Origin: a virus
DNA: 64,000 nt
Virus record (IMG/VR): IMGVR_UViG_2920343190_000001
Strand: one strand, 5' to 3'
The stretch's first letter is position 1. Each line of letters starts with the position of its first letter. Below the pieces are notes generated by a model. The model did no database searches. It was not told the origin of the DNA and saw nothing but the letters and a program-made list of their open reading frames with translations. Below, piece after piece: positions 30,697-40,087 of this stretch. The position numbers and the translations under genes are program-made.

Positions 30697-31309
30697 TAAC
30701 TTTCTCTCCTATTTCTTCAGATAATTTATTTAAATTTACTAATGTACCATCTAAAATTTCTTGAATATTTTTTTTCCATTTTGTATGAGGTTGGTTCTTT
30801 AAATTTACTGTAATTGTGGTTGCTGTTCTTAGTAATTCTTGCTTGAATGTAGTCGAAAGGTCTCTTAATATGCTCCCATAAAGATCCACTGGAATATACT
30901 TCCTCTCTTCAATATCTAAAAGTAATAGTTCTCTTTCTTTTCTAACTTCTTCTCTTTCTCTTTTTACTCTTAAAATTTTGTTGTATTCGTTTGATTCTTG
31001 ATTGTACTTTTCTAAATTCATTAGTAAATCAAAGGTCCCATCGATTTCTGCTAATAATATTTTTTTAGTTTTATAGTTTTGGATTGTTTTTTCTGTTACT
31101 CCCAAAATTCTTGAAAAAGTTTCTACATCTACAAAAATTTGCTTTTTCTTTAGAGAATATTTTTCTTCTATTGCATCTTCAGCTATTGCTAAATAGTCAT
31201 ATTCTTTTTCTTTTATTTTAAAATTCTTAAATTTATTCCTAATAGATCTAGGACTTAATCCTGTCATTTCTGCTAGATTATCCTCACCAATATAATACTT
31301 TGATTTCAT
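30656..31309 (-). CDS. Terminase small subunit-like (Nu1-type position)
   Basis: Tandem HTH-like segments and coiled coil; directly upstream of terL. Confidence 0.65.
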   Translation of the reverse strand: MKSKYYIGEDNLAEMTGLSPRSIRNKFKNFKIKEKEYDYLAIAEDAIEEKYSLKKKQIFVDVETFSRILGVTEKTIQNYKTKKILLAEIDGTFDLLMNLEKYNQESNEYNKILRVKREREEVRKERELLLLDIEERKYIPVDLYGSILRDLSTTFKQELLRTATTITVNLKNQPHTKWKKNIQEILDGTLVNLNKLSEEIGEKVIEIYKKEEEANTQ

Positions 31310-31369
31310 ACTCTCACCCCGAATTCTATTCCCCTGGCAAATGGAAGGAACCGAAAAAAATAAATAAAA

Positions 31370-31440
31370 TTTTGAAAGCGTCGCGACTCGTTTCGACCCT
31401 CAAGCTGGGGATGTCCCCTCCACAGTACCTTTTTTCTTTT
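31370..31440 (-). other. Candidate cos/packaging initiation region
   Basis: GC-rich non-coding island (minus strand AAAAGGTACTGTGGAGGGGACATCCCC...GTCGCGACGC) upstream of the Nu1-like gene, where lambda-type phages place cos. Confidence 0.4.
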
Positions 31441-31707
31441 GTTTGACTTTTTGGTACAAACGTAATATACTCGTACCAACTCCTCTGTTGGAAACTTGAT
31501 ATATATTGTTATTGAATTAAGCTTGAAGCCCCCCCGGCCTCGCGTTTTATTAAATACCCTTAGGGAATTATTAGCTCAACCTTTTTCTTTATTGAATATT
31601 AACGATGGAATTTATCACCTTAGGCATTTTTCTTTTCGTTTTTATTAATCTTTAGAACAGGTTGATGTGTTTCATTCCAATAGAGGAGTCTTTATTTTGT
31701 TATAAAC

Positions 31708-31815
31708 TTGACTTTTTGTTGTAAAAATTATATAACATGAATTGTGATTCCTTACTGTATGGAATATATAAACTATTGTAAATGAAAGCCACCTCTACTA
31801 CTGAGGTGGTTTTTA
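31708..31815 (+). ncRNA. Candidate small RNA antisense to the late operon
   Basis: TTGACT-17-TATAAC (31708-31736) followed about 50 nt later by terminator AAAGCCACCTC...GAGGTGGTTTTT (31785-31815). Confidence 0.4.
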
Positions 31816-31878
31816 TTTTTTATCCTTGATACTTATTAGGATCGTCTACTTGTGGGGGTTTCTTCGCTGGTTCTTTCT

Positions 31879-32580
31879 TCATCTAGTTTTCCTCCTCGGA
31901 ATTATCTCTACCCTTTCATTTCCTTCTTCATCTGTACTTTGTTGTTTAATGTTTAATGACTTAGGATCATATCCAAGGATAGACATTTTCATCTTTAGTG
32001 CCGCTAGCTCTACTCCAAAAGCATTTGTTTTCTTTATAGTTCTGGTAATATCTTTTCCATCTGTTGTTGTAAATCTTGTTGTAAGCATATCCTCTGTCTT
32101 ATATTCTTCTGCTTTTAGCTGCACTTTATCTATCGCTTTAATTACTGCCTCTACCCCATGTTTCTCATCCGTTAAAAAATCTTTTCTTATCTCTTCCAGG
32201 GTTCTTGCTACATTTGGTTGTTTTTCTATATCTACTGCTTTTGTATTCTCACTATATCCTGCGTGTTCTTTAGCTTCTTCTTTTCCAAATCCAGACAGTC
32301 TAGCCTTTATGTATCTTAACTCTAATCCTGTCAAGCCCTCTAAATTGAGTCTTTTTGAGTCTTTTTTTTGAGTCTTTTTGGGAAGTTCTTTTTTAAACTC
32401 TATATAATTCTCGTAATATCTAGTTATCCACGTTTTAACCGTTGTTGTAGGAGTCTCTAGTTGCTCTCCTATAGCCTTATATTTATTCAACTTGGTTTTA
32501 CCAACTTTATTTAAAAACATCTCCTCATAAAGAATTAACGCTTTTATTTGATTATTTGTTAAGTTCTCTATGTTACTCAT
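31879..32580 (-). CDS. Second terminase-small-subunit-like protein
   Basis: N-terminal HTH (TVKTWI) and A...AGYS..T motif typical of TerS proteins. Confidence 0.55.
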   Translation of the reverse strand: MSNIENLTNNQIKALILYEEMFLNKVGKTKLNKYKAIGEQLETPTTTVKTWITRYYENYIEFKKELPKKTQKKDSKRLNLEGLTGLELRYIKARLSGFGKEEAKEHAGYSENTKAVDIEKQPNVARTLEEIRKDFLTDEKHGVEAVIKAIDKVQLKAEEYKTEDMLTTRFTTTDGKDITRTIKKTNAFGVELAALKMKMSILGYDPKSLNIKQQSTDEEGNERVEIIPRRKTR

Positions 32581-33891
32581 TTAATCACCTATAAATTCTG
32601 CAATCTCTTGATAATTTATTTCCAATCCATCTCTTATTAGTTTAATATCTGTTTTACCTAGCCTCATATATCTCTTAACTATTACATCAACATACCTTGG
32701 ATCATATTCCATCATTCTTGCTTTTCTTTGTAATTGTTCCGCTGTTATTAACGTACTTCCACTTCCTCCAAATAAATCTCCCACTATCCACCCTTTTTTT
32801 GAACTATTTGCCATTAATCTTGCTAATAGCTTAATTGGCTTCATTGTTGGATGAACATCATTTATTATTTGTTTCTCCTCTCTCACTACCGTACTTGATT
32901 CTTCCAAGTGTTTATTTATAGAATAAATATGTTCTATCAATTCAGTTTTAGACATTTTCTTATAATTTATATTTTCTTCCAAAACAGTATCCTGGGTATA
33001 ATCTTTTATAAAGAAGTGTGTGGCTCCTGGTTTCCATCCATAAAGGATTGGTTCATGTCTCCAGTTATAATCTTGTCTGGATAGGTTGAAAGCGTTTTTT
33101 GCCCAAATCAGGTTCTGTGATAGCTTGAATCCTGACTCTTTTAAAGCTCTCCTAAATGATACTGTTTCCATATCTGCATAAAATATATAAAATGCAGCTC
33201 CATCTTTCATAAAATTAAAAGAATTCTTATAAAACTCCACTAAAAACTCATAAAATTTTTCTGAGGATAATTTATCATTTTGAATCTTTAAACCATTACT
33301 AGCTTCATAGTTGACATTGTATGGAGGATCTGTTAGCAACAAATCTATTTTTTCATCTCCTAATAATCTTTTTACATCTTCTTGATTTGTTGAATCTCCA
33401 CATAGCAGCTTATGTTCACCTAAAATATATAAGTCTGCTTTTCTCGAAAAGAACACTTCTTCAACTTCAGGGATTGAAATTTCCTCTATTTCGTCAATCG
33501 AATCACCATACTTCTCTAAAGTTTCTTTAAGAGCATCTATATCAAACCCACTTATATTTACTAATTCTCCCAACCCTTCAAGTTCTTTCAATAACTTTTC
33601 ATCGTCCCATTCACCTAATTGAATCGCTCTAGTTTCAACTATTCTTAACAATCTCACTTGTTCTAAAGATAATTTTTCCATTCTTTGAACTTCAACTATT
33701 TCTTTTCCTAGTTCTTTTAAAGCCAGGTATTTAGCTTCTCCCAGAATTATCTCATTATTTTCGTTAACTATTATTGGTGTTGTCCTATCCGTTTCCAATA
33801 TTAATTTTTTATAAATCTCTATTTGCTCTGGATTATTTATAATTGGACTTTCAGGACTAATCTTAAGAGCTTGTATATTTATTTTTTCCAT
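32581..33891 (-). CDS. ParB-domain / N6-N4 DNA methyltransferase fusion
   Basis: N-terminal PIIVNENNEIILG; TDPPYN, HPTMKP, DLFGGSGST. Confidence 0.92.
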   Translation of the reverse strand: MEKINIQALKISPESPIINNPEQIEIYKKLILETDRTTPIIVNENNEIILGEAKYLALKELGKEIVEVQRMEKLSLEQVRLLRIVETRAIQLGEWDDEKLLKELEGLGELVNISGFDIDALKETLEKYGDSIDEIEEISIPEVEEVFFSRKADLYILGEHKLLCGDSTNQEDVKRLLGDEKIDLLLTDPPYNVNYEASNGLKIQNDKLSSEKFYEFLVEFYKNSFNFMKDGAAFYIFYADMETVSFRRALKESGFKLSQNLIWAKNAFNLSRQDYNWRHEPILYGWKPGATHFFIKDYTQDTVLEENINYKKMSKTELIEHIYSINKHLEESSTVVREEKQIINDVHPTMKPIKLLARLMANSSKKGWIVGDLFGGSGSTLITAEQLQRKARMMEYDPRYVDVIVKRYMRLGKTDIKLIRDGLEINYQEIAEFIGD

Positions 33892-34076
33892 CTCGTCTCC
33901 TTGTTTAAACTTCGTCTATTTTCGTCTCTGATTTAAAGTTATTCAATTTCACTTTTAGGACTCTTTAGCCTCACACTTATTACGCGCGAGCAAATTACAT
34001 ATAACCCCTTGATTCTATTGAAGGTTGTTAAACTTCACCCCCCTCAAAAGTGTCACTTTTATGATACTTTTAGACG

Positions 34077-35204
34077 TTAAGAAATTAGAATTCTTTCCTT
34101 TCTACTTTGTTTGATTTTCAAAGTTATTCCAAACAAATTTTTAAGAAAAATCTCTAATCTCTCTACATTTTTAATATTATTTCTTTTGGGGCTATTTGAT
34201 AATCCTAGCAATGTTAATTTACGTTTTGATGCAGCTTGACATCTTTTCGATGTTGACTCCGCTTTATTCTTTATTACTTCTTTGTGCAGAATGCAATTAA
34301 ATGTATCAGCATCAAAAATCCACTCATTATTCTCTGTTACAAATAATTCCATATTTTTAGGTGTTATTCTTTCTAGGCTTCTCAACCTTTTTATCAACTC
34401 TTTTTCATCATTTTTGAATTGATCTATTACTGATTGTTTTATGGATATTTCTAATTTTTTACTAATCCCGATTCTTAAGCGTTCAAGAGTAATTTCCTCT
34501 ACGTTTGTAGTTGCCAACATTGTCTTCAATACCGTTGCTGTTACAGTCAGCTCAGTTTTTAACTCTCCACCTAAAACTTTAGAATCTGTATTATTCTTAT
34601 TGTTTTCTATTGTCTTGTTGTATACTTTCAAATTTAGTCCCTTAGAAAGTTTAAAACTAAATCCTGTTAAATAAAATCTATCCAACGCTCTGGAATAATC
34701 TCCATAGAGACATTTTGAATCAGTTTTAAACCCTCCGTTACATAAAGCTTTAAATATGAAGTAGATTGCATTGTTAAAATCCGAAAATATCTTAACTCGA
34801 AGCTGCTCTGCCACTTCAATTTCTAAATAATCCAATATTACAGTTTCTGCTTCCGTTTCAAGTAAATCCGCAAGAAGAAGCTTTATATCAAAATCAACCT
34901 TCTTCTTATATAATTGATTAGTTACAAGATGAAAATTTGTTTTTTCAAAATATTTAGGGTAATTTATTTCTACCTCTAAGTAGCAACGATCACTTATTTT
35001 ATCTCCAAGTTTTTTTACAACTTTGACCCAATTTATATATCTAAAAATTGGATTAGAGTTCTCTCTTCCAATATATATTTTTTCTATATTGTTGGCATGG
35101 ATATCATCTTTTAAGTTAAATTTCTTTAAGATATTTACTTTTAATCTATCTGCATCCATTCTAACTACTCCAGTTTTCATTACTACTCTATCTAACCCAA
35201 TCAT
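34077..35204 (-). CDS. Phage/plasmid replication protein gene II/X (CRI / Rep_trans)-like
   Basis: Motif order MIGLD, EINYPKYF...NF, YLEIEVA, LKVYNKTIE, LKTELT resembles that family. Confidence 0.5.
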   Translation of the reverse strand: MIGLDRVVMKTGVVRMDADRLKVNILKKFNLKDDIHANNIEKIYIGRENSNPIFRYINWVKVVKKLGDKISDRCYLEVEINYPKYFEKTNFHLVTNQLYKKKVDFDIKLLLADLLETEAETVILDYLEIEVAEQLRVKIFSDFNNAIYFIFKALCNGGFKTDSKCLYGDYSRALDRFYLTGFSFKLSKGLNLKVYNKTIENNKNNTDSKVLGGELKTELTVTATVLKTMLATTNVEEITLERLRIGISKKLEISIKQSVIDQFKNDEKELIKRLRSLERITPKNMELFVTENNEWIFDADTFNCILHKEVIKNKAESTSKRCQAASKRKLTLLGLSNSPKRNNIKNVERLEIFLKNLFGITLKIKQSRKERILIS

Positions 35205-35278
35205 TCATCCATATCCACCTCCCTATATATAAATAAAAGTCCTGAATAGTATCTCTACCATCCAGGACTTCTTGAGTC

Positions 35279-35449
35279 TCAAAGTTTTATATTCATTTTT
35301 TTTCCACATAAGCATTCAAGTATGTTTTGTCCTTCTTTTCCAAGTTTAACTATCCCTTTCGGTTTAGTTATCACAAGTTCTCCTTTTTCATTGAATTTTC
35401 CAAGAAGCTTCAAACATTTTTCACATCTCAATTCCTTTTCCATCTTCAT
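35279..35449 (-). CDS. Com-like zinc-ribbon regulator
   Basis: ELRCEKCLKLLGK...LECLCGKKMN; start reassigned to the internal ATG at 35449. Confidence 0.6.
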   Translation of the reverse strand: MKMEKELRCEKCLKLLGKFNEKGELVITKPKGIVKLGKEGQNILECLCGKKMNIKL

Positions 35450-35546
35450 TATTCTCCTATTCTCGTTCGATAAAATTTGTAGATTTTGAGTTATTAAAGT
35501 AATATATAAATATTCTAAAACAAATAAATCCACCGAGGTGACTAAT

Positions 35547-35705
35547 ATGCGCAATTATTTAATTATTTTTTTACTACTCATTATCTATGTACTTGTTAAA
35601 TATAATGATATTCATATCCTGAATTCATTCGAAGAATTTTTTCATTCTTTAAATTCAATTTTTTTAGAAACTGTAAAATCTATTTCTAGAAAACTTGGAA
35701 TATAA
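35547..35705 (+). CDS. Small membrane protein (52 aa), not in the ORF track
   Basis: GAGGTG RBS; MRNYLIIFLLLIIYVLVKY N-terminal TM helix. Confidence 0.5.
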   Translation: MRNYLIIFLLLIIYVLVKYNDIHILNSFEEFFHSLNSIFLETVKSISRKLGI

Positions 35706-35707
35706 AC

Positions 35708-35935
35708 TCACTTAACAATCACTTTCCATAAATTTTCTATATTAATCTGTCTAAAAAGTACTGGATATGGTACTTTTTTTTCATTACAATAAGTTTGAAG
35801 TTGCTTCATACTTATCTTCATATTATTATCTCTTAGTCTTTTCAATTCTTCTATTATCTCTTCCAATAATAAATTTCTAACAATTCCAATCACCATCCTT
35901 CTAAAGTTAGGGGTGGTGCTACAATTAAGTAGCAC
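35708..35935 (-). CDS. Hypothetical protein
   Basis: Co-oriented with the early/middle operon; start uncertain. Confidence 0.45.
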   Translation of the reverse strand: MLLNCSTTPNFRRMVIGIVRNLLLEEIIEELKRLRDNNMKISMKQLQTYCNEKKVPYPVLFRQINIENLWKVIVK

Positions 35936-36231
35936 TATGGGGATACGAAATATTAGACTCGAACTAACATGTATAAAAAAATATACACCTTCCTAGTTTC
36001 GCATATGACCCTCATGTGAGGGAACGTCTCGAAATTAGTATAAGCTACAATTTTCTTAATTTTTTTTTGGATTTCTCCAACAAAGACTACCAATTGCATG
36101 TTCTTCTTCTGAAAAGGAGACATTGATAATCTTTGTAAGAGATCTAATCTCTCTAGTATTGTGTATGCACTCCCAAAAAGATATAATGTGATTGCCAAAC
36201 AACAAACTCATTTGATTGGGAGGTTGTTACT

Positions 36232-36543
36232 ATGTATGATATATACACTTTTACTGCATGGTTGAAAGAAGATGAACCTTTATATACAGAAGTTATCTAT
36301 AAAGGAACTAAATTTGTAGCTGGTGCCCATTTAATCAGCGTGCCTCAAGAAATCTACGAACAGTTCTTCATCCAAATTGGAACCTTAGAAAAAATTGAAT
36401 TTCCATATCAAATAAGAAAAACTGAATTTAAAATTCATAACAATATTTTTTCTGCAACTTTTGAATTCAGATACTCAGAAGAGAAAAATAAATTTTTCTG
36501 TAATGCTAGTCTATATTGTGATTCTAATTTATCCTATGACTAG
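36232..36543 (+). CDS. Hypothetical moron protein (103 aa)
   Basis: TATAAT at 36183 and GGGAGG RBS; flanked by a 13-bp inverted repeat. Confidence 0.65.
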   Translation: MYDIYTFTAWLKEDEPLYTEVIYKGTKFVAGAHLISVPQEIYEQFFIQIGTLEKIEFPYQIRKTEFKIHNNIFSATFEFRYSEEKNKFFCNASLYCDSNLSYD

Positions 36544-36881
36544 GTAGAACCCCAGTTGTTGTTTGGCATTTAAATATTTCTATTAAATATTAATTTCACA
36601 CAATTTTCAGTAAAATATTATTTATTTAATACTTTTATTTATTTTTTGCTATTTTTTAACTTGCTTTTCTCAAATTAGTGAGGTATAGTCATATCGTCTT
36701 ATTAAGACTCGATAGCCGGGGGGTTATTATATAATTTTATATTAATTTTTTTTCGTAAAAAAACTTATAACTAAAAACCATCGGATTATTAATGCTGACG
36801 GTTATTGTTATTACTGTAAGAGCATCCAATGAAGAGGGGAACTAAAGTTCTCCTCTTTTGATTTTAAATAAACAACCAGAC

Positions 36882-36965
36882 AACTTTTCCCAACGGCTCC
36901 ACAGAGGATAGTAGAGCTGTTACCCCTCAATATTTCAACCTTAACTTTTAAAAAGGTTTTTTCAT
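36882..36965. repeat. About 84-bp direct repeat, copy 1
   Basis: Near-identical to 38683-38766. Confidence 0.9.
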
Positions 36966-37056
36966 CAAATTTATTGATAATATTTAAATAATTCTCATAA
37001 TTTAGCTTCTAAGCCTTTTTTATCCATAAACGGATTTTATATATACTCCCAAAAAT

Positions 37057-37087
37057 TTATAATTAAATTACCCGACAAGGAATAAAA
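37057..37087 (+). promoter_or_regulatory. 31-bp promoter/leader motif, copy 1
   Basis: TTATAATTAAATTACCCGACAAGGAATAAAA, identical at 38920-38950, each upstream of a + strand gene. Confidence 0.7.
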
Positions 37088-37107
37088 AATAAAATTTTGG
37101 AGGTCAT

Positions 37108-37704
37108 ATGAACATGGTTGATATTTTACAACCGTTCCTTAGCATGGTCACTCCTATTATTGGAGACAAAGCTGTGACAAAAGTTGTTGAACTTTTTTTA
37201 GCTAACAACGAATTAATCGTCAATATTCCTACTTGGAACTTAAAAAATAATTTTTTTATTTTGAAACTCGAACTACAAACCGATAGAGCTCCTATGATAA
37301 TTAATGAAATTTTTATTGAGTCACCAGACTCTATAATTTTTTACGCTTCTCAAAGGACTTTTTCACAACCACCCAAAGCATTTGGGATGAATGATTATCT
37401 TTTTGTTGATGCATCCTCTGAAAATAATTATCTATCTTCTTTCACTGATTATTTCGGTAGGGTTATTAACTTAAACTTTGATTTTACCAATAAATTTTCA
37501 ATTGTTTTTAAAGATATTCCTGAAAATACAAATTTTGAAAATTGGAAGATTCATTTTAAAGTTAATAACAAAGTAAAAACTTACGGTTTGAAAGAACTTA
37601 TTGCTGAAACACCAACTATTCTTTCTTATTTAAGACAAAGAGGTAATGATATTGAAGCTATGTTAAAAAATCGTGAGTTGATGTTTGGATCAGCGTTTAA
37701 ATAA
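37108..37704 (+). CDS. Hypothetical moron protein (198 aa)
   Basis: GGAGG RBS; own terminator at 37719-37746. Confidence 0.7.
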   Translation: MNMVDILQPFLSMVTPIIGDKAVTKVVELFLANNELIVNIPTWNLKNNFFILKLELQTDRAPMIINEIFIESPDSIIFYASQRTFSQPPKAFGMNDYLFVDASSENNYLSSFTDYFGRVINLNFDFTNKFSIVFKDIPENTNFENWKIHFKVNNKVKTYGLKELIAETPTILSYLRQRGNDIEAMLKNRELMFGSAFK

Positions 37705-37754
37705 TAATTTTCTCTTCGAGAACCTGTATGTACACAGGTTCTTTTTTCATCATT

Positions 37755-37982
37755 TTAACAATAAAAAACTTGTACTATTTTGATAAATTCTGGCAACGAG
37801 TACTTCAGGCAAAGCCAAGCTACATAATTAGCTAATGCTCCCGTAAATAACCGTGATATCATATCTTTAATAGCTTCCTTAACGCTAACGTCTTTATATC
37901 TATCTGGTGCATTTTTACCCAGAATCTCCCGACTTATATAACCCGTTCCACTACATAATAAGTAAAATGAAACCCAGCTCAC
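37755..37982 (-). CDS. Small membrane protein
   Basis: AGGAGG RBS plus GTG start. Confidence 0.55.
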   Translation of the reverse strand: MSWVSFYLLCSGTGYISREILGKNAPDRYKDVSVKEAIKDMISRLFTGALANYVAWLCLKYSLPEFIKIVQVFYC

Positions 37983-38198
37983 AATTTGACCTCCTATCCA
38001 ACAGTCACTCTAGCTTCTATTCCGCTAGAAAAATATTATTTGTAATCTATTTTAAATCTTTAAAAAAATTTCCTAAATTTTTTTTGATAAATTGATAAGC
38101 TTTTAACTAAGAGACTTTTTCTTAAATTGTCTCTTTAAGCTTGTTCTTTATTTGTTTTAACGTTATAATATATTGGGCTAGATTTTTAAGGAGGAATT

Positions 38199-38438
38199 AT
38201 TATCGAAACTAATCAAGAAATACTAAACAAATGTATCGAAAATTTTATAAAAAAATTTGAATGTTATCCAATAATTGAGCACACTATTGAAAACAATATT
38301 ATCAAAGCTACAATTTCTTTGACAAAAGAACTTCCTTTATCTTCAGGATTTGCTCATTTACAAGCTTTTGCAGATGTTAACATATATGCTTGTGAGGCAA
38401 CTATAAACGCATTTAAAAACTACGATTCTAAATTTTAA
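38199..38438 (+). CDS. Hypothetical protein (about 79 aa) with a non-canonical ATT/ATC start
   Basis: TATAAT at 38164, AGGAGG at 38189-38194, 80-codon open frame, downstream hairpin. Confidence 0.45.
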   Translation: MIETNQEILNKCIENFIKKFECYPIIEHTIENNIIKATISLTKELPLSSGFAHLQAFADVNIYACEATINAFKNYDSKF

Positions 38439-38472
38439 AAACATAAACTAGATTTTATAGAATCTAGCCCTT

Positions 38473-38616
38473 TTATATATCGGTTCTTTTTTCTAAAGTT
38501 ATTCTTTCCCAGTTATAATTTTTCATAAATTCTATCACCAATTCTGTTTCATTTTTTAATTGTAATTCTCTTATTTTCAATGTAAATTTTTCTAAATCGT
38601 TTAAAAATTTATTCAT
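38473..38616 (-). CDS. Small hypothetical protein (47 aa)
   Basis: GGAGG RBS plus ATG; MNKFLNDLEKFTLKIRELQLKNE... Confidence 0.5.
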   Translation of the reverse strand: MNKFLNDLEKFTLKIRELQLKNETELVIEFMKNYNWERITLEKRTDI

Positions 38617-38682
38617 TTACAACACCTCCATGCTAAATAATTATAATTTACTCTAATTCTTTAAATAGAACTCCAACTGCAC

Positions 38683-38766
38683 AGCTTTTCTCAACGGTTC
38701 CACAGAAGATAGTAGAGCTATTACCCCTCAATATTTCAACCTTAACTTTTAAAAAGGTTTTTTCAT
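38683..38766. repeat. About 84-bp direct repeat, copy 2
   Basis: Near-identical to 36882-36965. Confidence 0.9.
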
Positions 38767-38974
38767 AAGTTCATTCAAACCTTCTAATAAATACTGTATC
38801 TTCCCTGATCCTATTGCCATCCTTAATCCATCTGTAAATTCCATTATTATATAATATATTTTATCTATCTTTTCTAACTTTCCATCCGCTAAAACTATTG
38901 CGGATGCTCCTACAAGAAATTATAATTAAATTACCCGACAAGGAATAAAACTATAACTTTCAAGGAGATATTAA

Positions 38975-39283
38975 ATGCCTAAAAAATATTATAATGCTAA
39001 CGATGCTATATATGTAGATGGGATAAATAAAATTATTCATTTAAAAGATAGGAATGGAGAAAATTGTGTCCTCCCACCTCTTAAACCTTCTGTTGTTTTT
39101 AGTAGCTATGTCGATCTACTAAACTATTACTTAGGAACAGACCATATTTTATGTCCTCATTGCTTTGCAAATTTAACTTTCGATAACTTTAAAAAAGTTC
39201 ATGGTTTTAATTTTGATAACTGCAAGTCTCGAAGTTACAATAATCAAGAAAATAGGTTGAAAATACTAAATAAACAAAGCTAA
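38975..39283 (+). CDS. Hypothetical protein with CPHC...DNCK zinc-ribbon-like motif
   Basis: AAGGAG RBS; motif resembles C-terminal modules of phage homing-endonuclease-associated proteins. Confidence 0.55.
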   Translation: MPKKYYNANDAIYVDGINKIIHLKDRNGENCVLPPLKPSVVFSSYVDLLNYYLGTDHILCPHCFANLTFDNFKKVHGFNFDNCKSRSYNNQENRLKILNKQS

Positions 39284-39687
39284 ATTATTGTAGAGCTGGA
39301 AATGCTTTTTAAAAGTATTTCTGCTCTAATTTCTCTTCCTCTTAGATAATAATCCCATCTGTCCATTTCAAAATATTCTCCTCCATGTAAAATTTCAAGC
39401 GGAAATATTTCTAATATATTGTTTCTTTTCTTTTTTATTTTTTCTATAATTTTTTCTAATTTTTTAATTTTACTTTTTCTATCTTCAATTATTTTTTTGT
39501 CTGCAAGTTCCTTTCTAATGCAAGGACTGTAAATTTCTTTTCCTATTGGATCATATTTAGGAAACACCTCTAGAGTGGCATTAAATTCTTTCACCACTAT
39601 TAAATATTCTGTTTCACTAAAAATATAACTTCTTCCATTAGGAGCCGTTATTTCTTTCCTAGGGCAATAATAAATCTCACTTCTCAC
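39280..39687 (-). CDS. Hypothetical protein
   Basis: GGAGG RBS plus GTG start. Confidence 0.6.
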   Translation of the reverse strand: MRSEIYYCPRKEITAPNGRSYIFSETEYLIVVKEFNATLEVFPKYDPIGKEIYSPCIRKELADKKIIEDRKSKIKKLEKIIEKIKKKRNNILEIFPLEILHGGEYFEMDRWDYYLRGREIRAEILLKSISSSTII

Positions 39688-39739
39688 TTAATCACCTCCC
39701 AAAAACCCACCATTTTGAGTTAGCCATTCCCTTGCTTCC

Positions 39740-39976
39740 CTATTTTAATAATTCCCATGGTTCAACCTCTAAGGCTCTAGCTATTTCCGATATAGTTTTT
39801 AAAGTTATTGTTGAATCATAATTTTTTAATCTTCTAAATTTATTAGACAAAACAGATTGATTAATTTCTAATTTATCACTCAGTTCTTTTTGTTTAATTC
39901 CTTTACTTTTCATAAATAAATTTATATTTTTATATATAATTGAATTTATATTTACATTCAAAAAAATCCCCTCCAT
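39740..39976 (-). CDS. XRE-family HTH regulator
   Basis: QKELSDKLEINQSVLS...TISEIARALEV. Confidence 0.85.
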   Translation of the reverse strand: MEGIFLNVNINSIIYKNINLFMKSKGIKQKELSDKLEINQSVLSNKFRRLKNYDSTITLKTISEIARALEVEPWELLK

Positions 39977-40087
39977 AAAAAATATTTCTTTAAAGATAAT
40001 ATATTTACTATAAAGATATAATTAATAGTGAGTTTTGTCAATATAAAAATATTAAATTTTTATTCCAAGCATATAAAATCCTTTATT

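Noticed and set aside
35570-35710. TGA read-through or stop-codon recoding downstream of the 75-aa ORF
   Set aside because: The in-frame TGAs are explained by a real 52-aa gene on the opposite strand, and other genes use standard stops.
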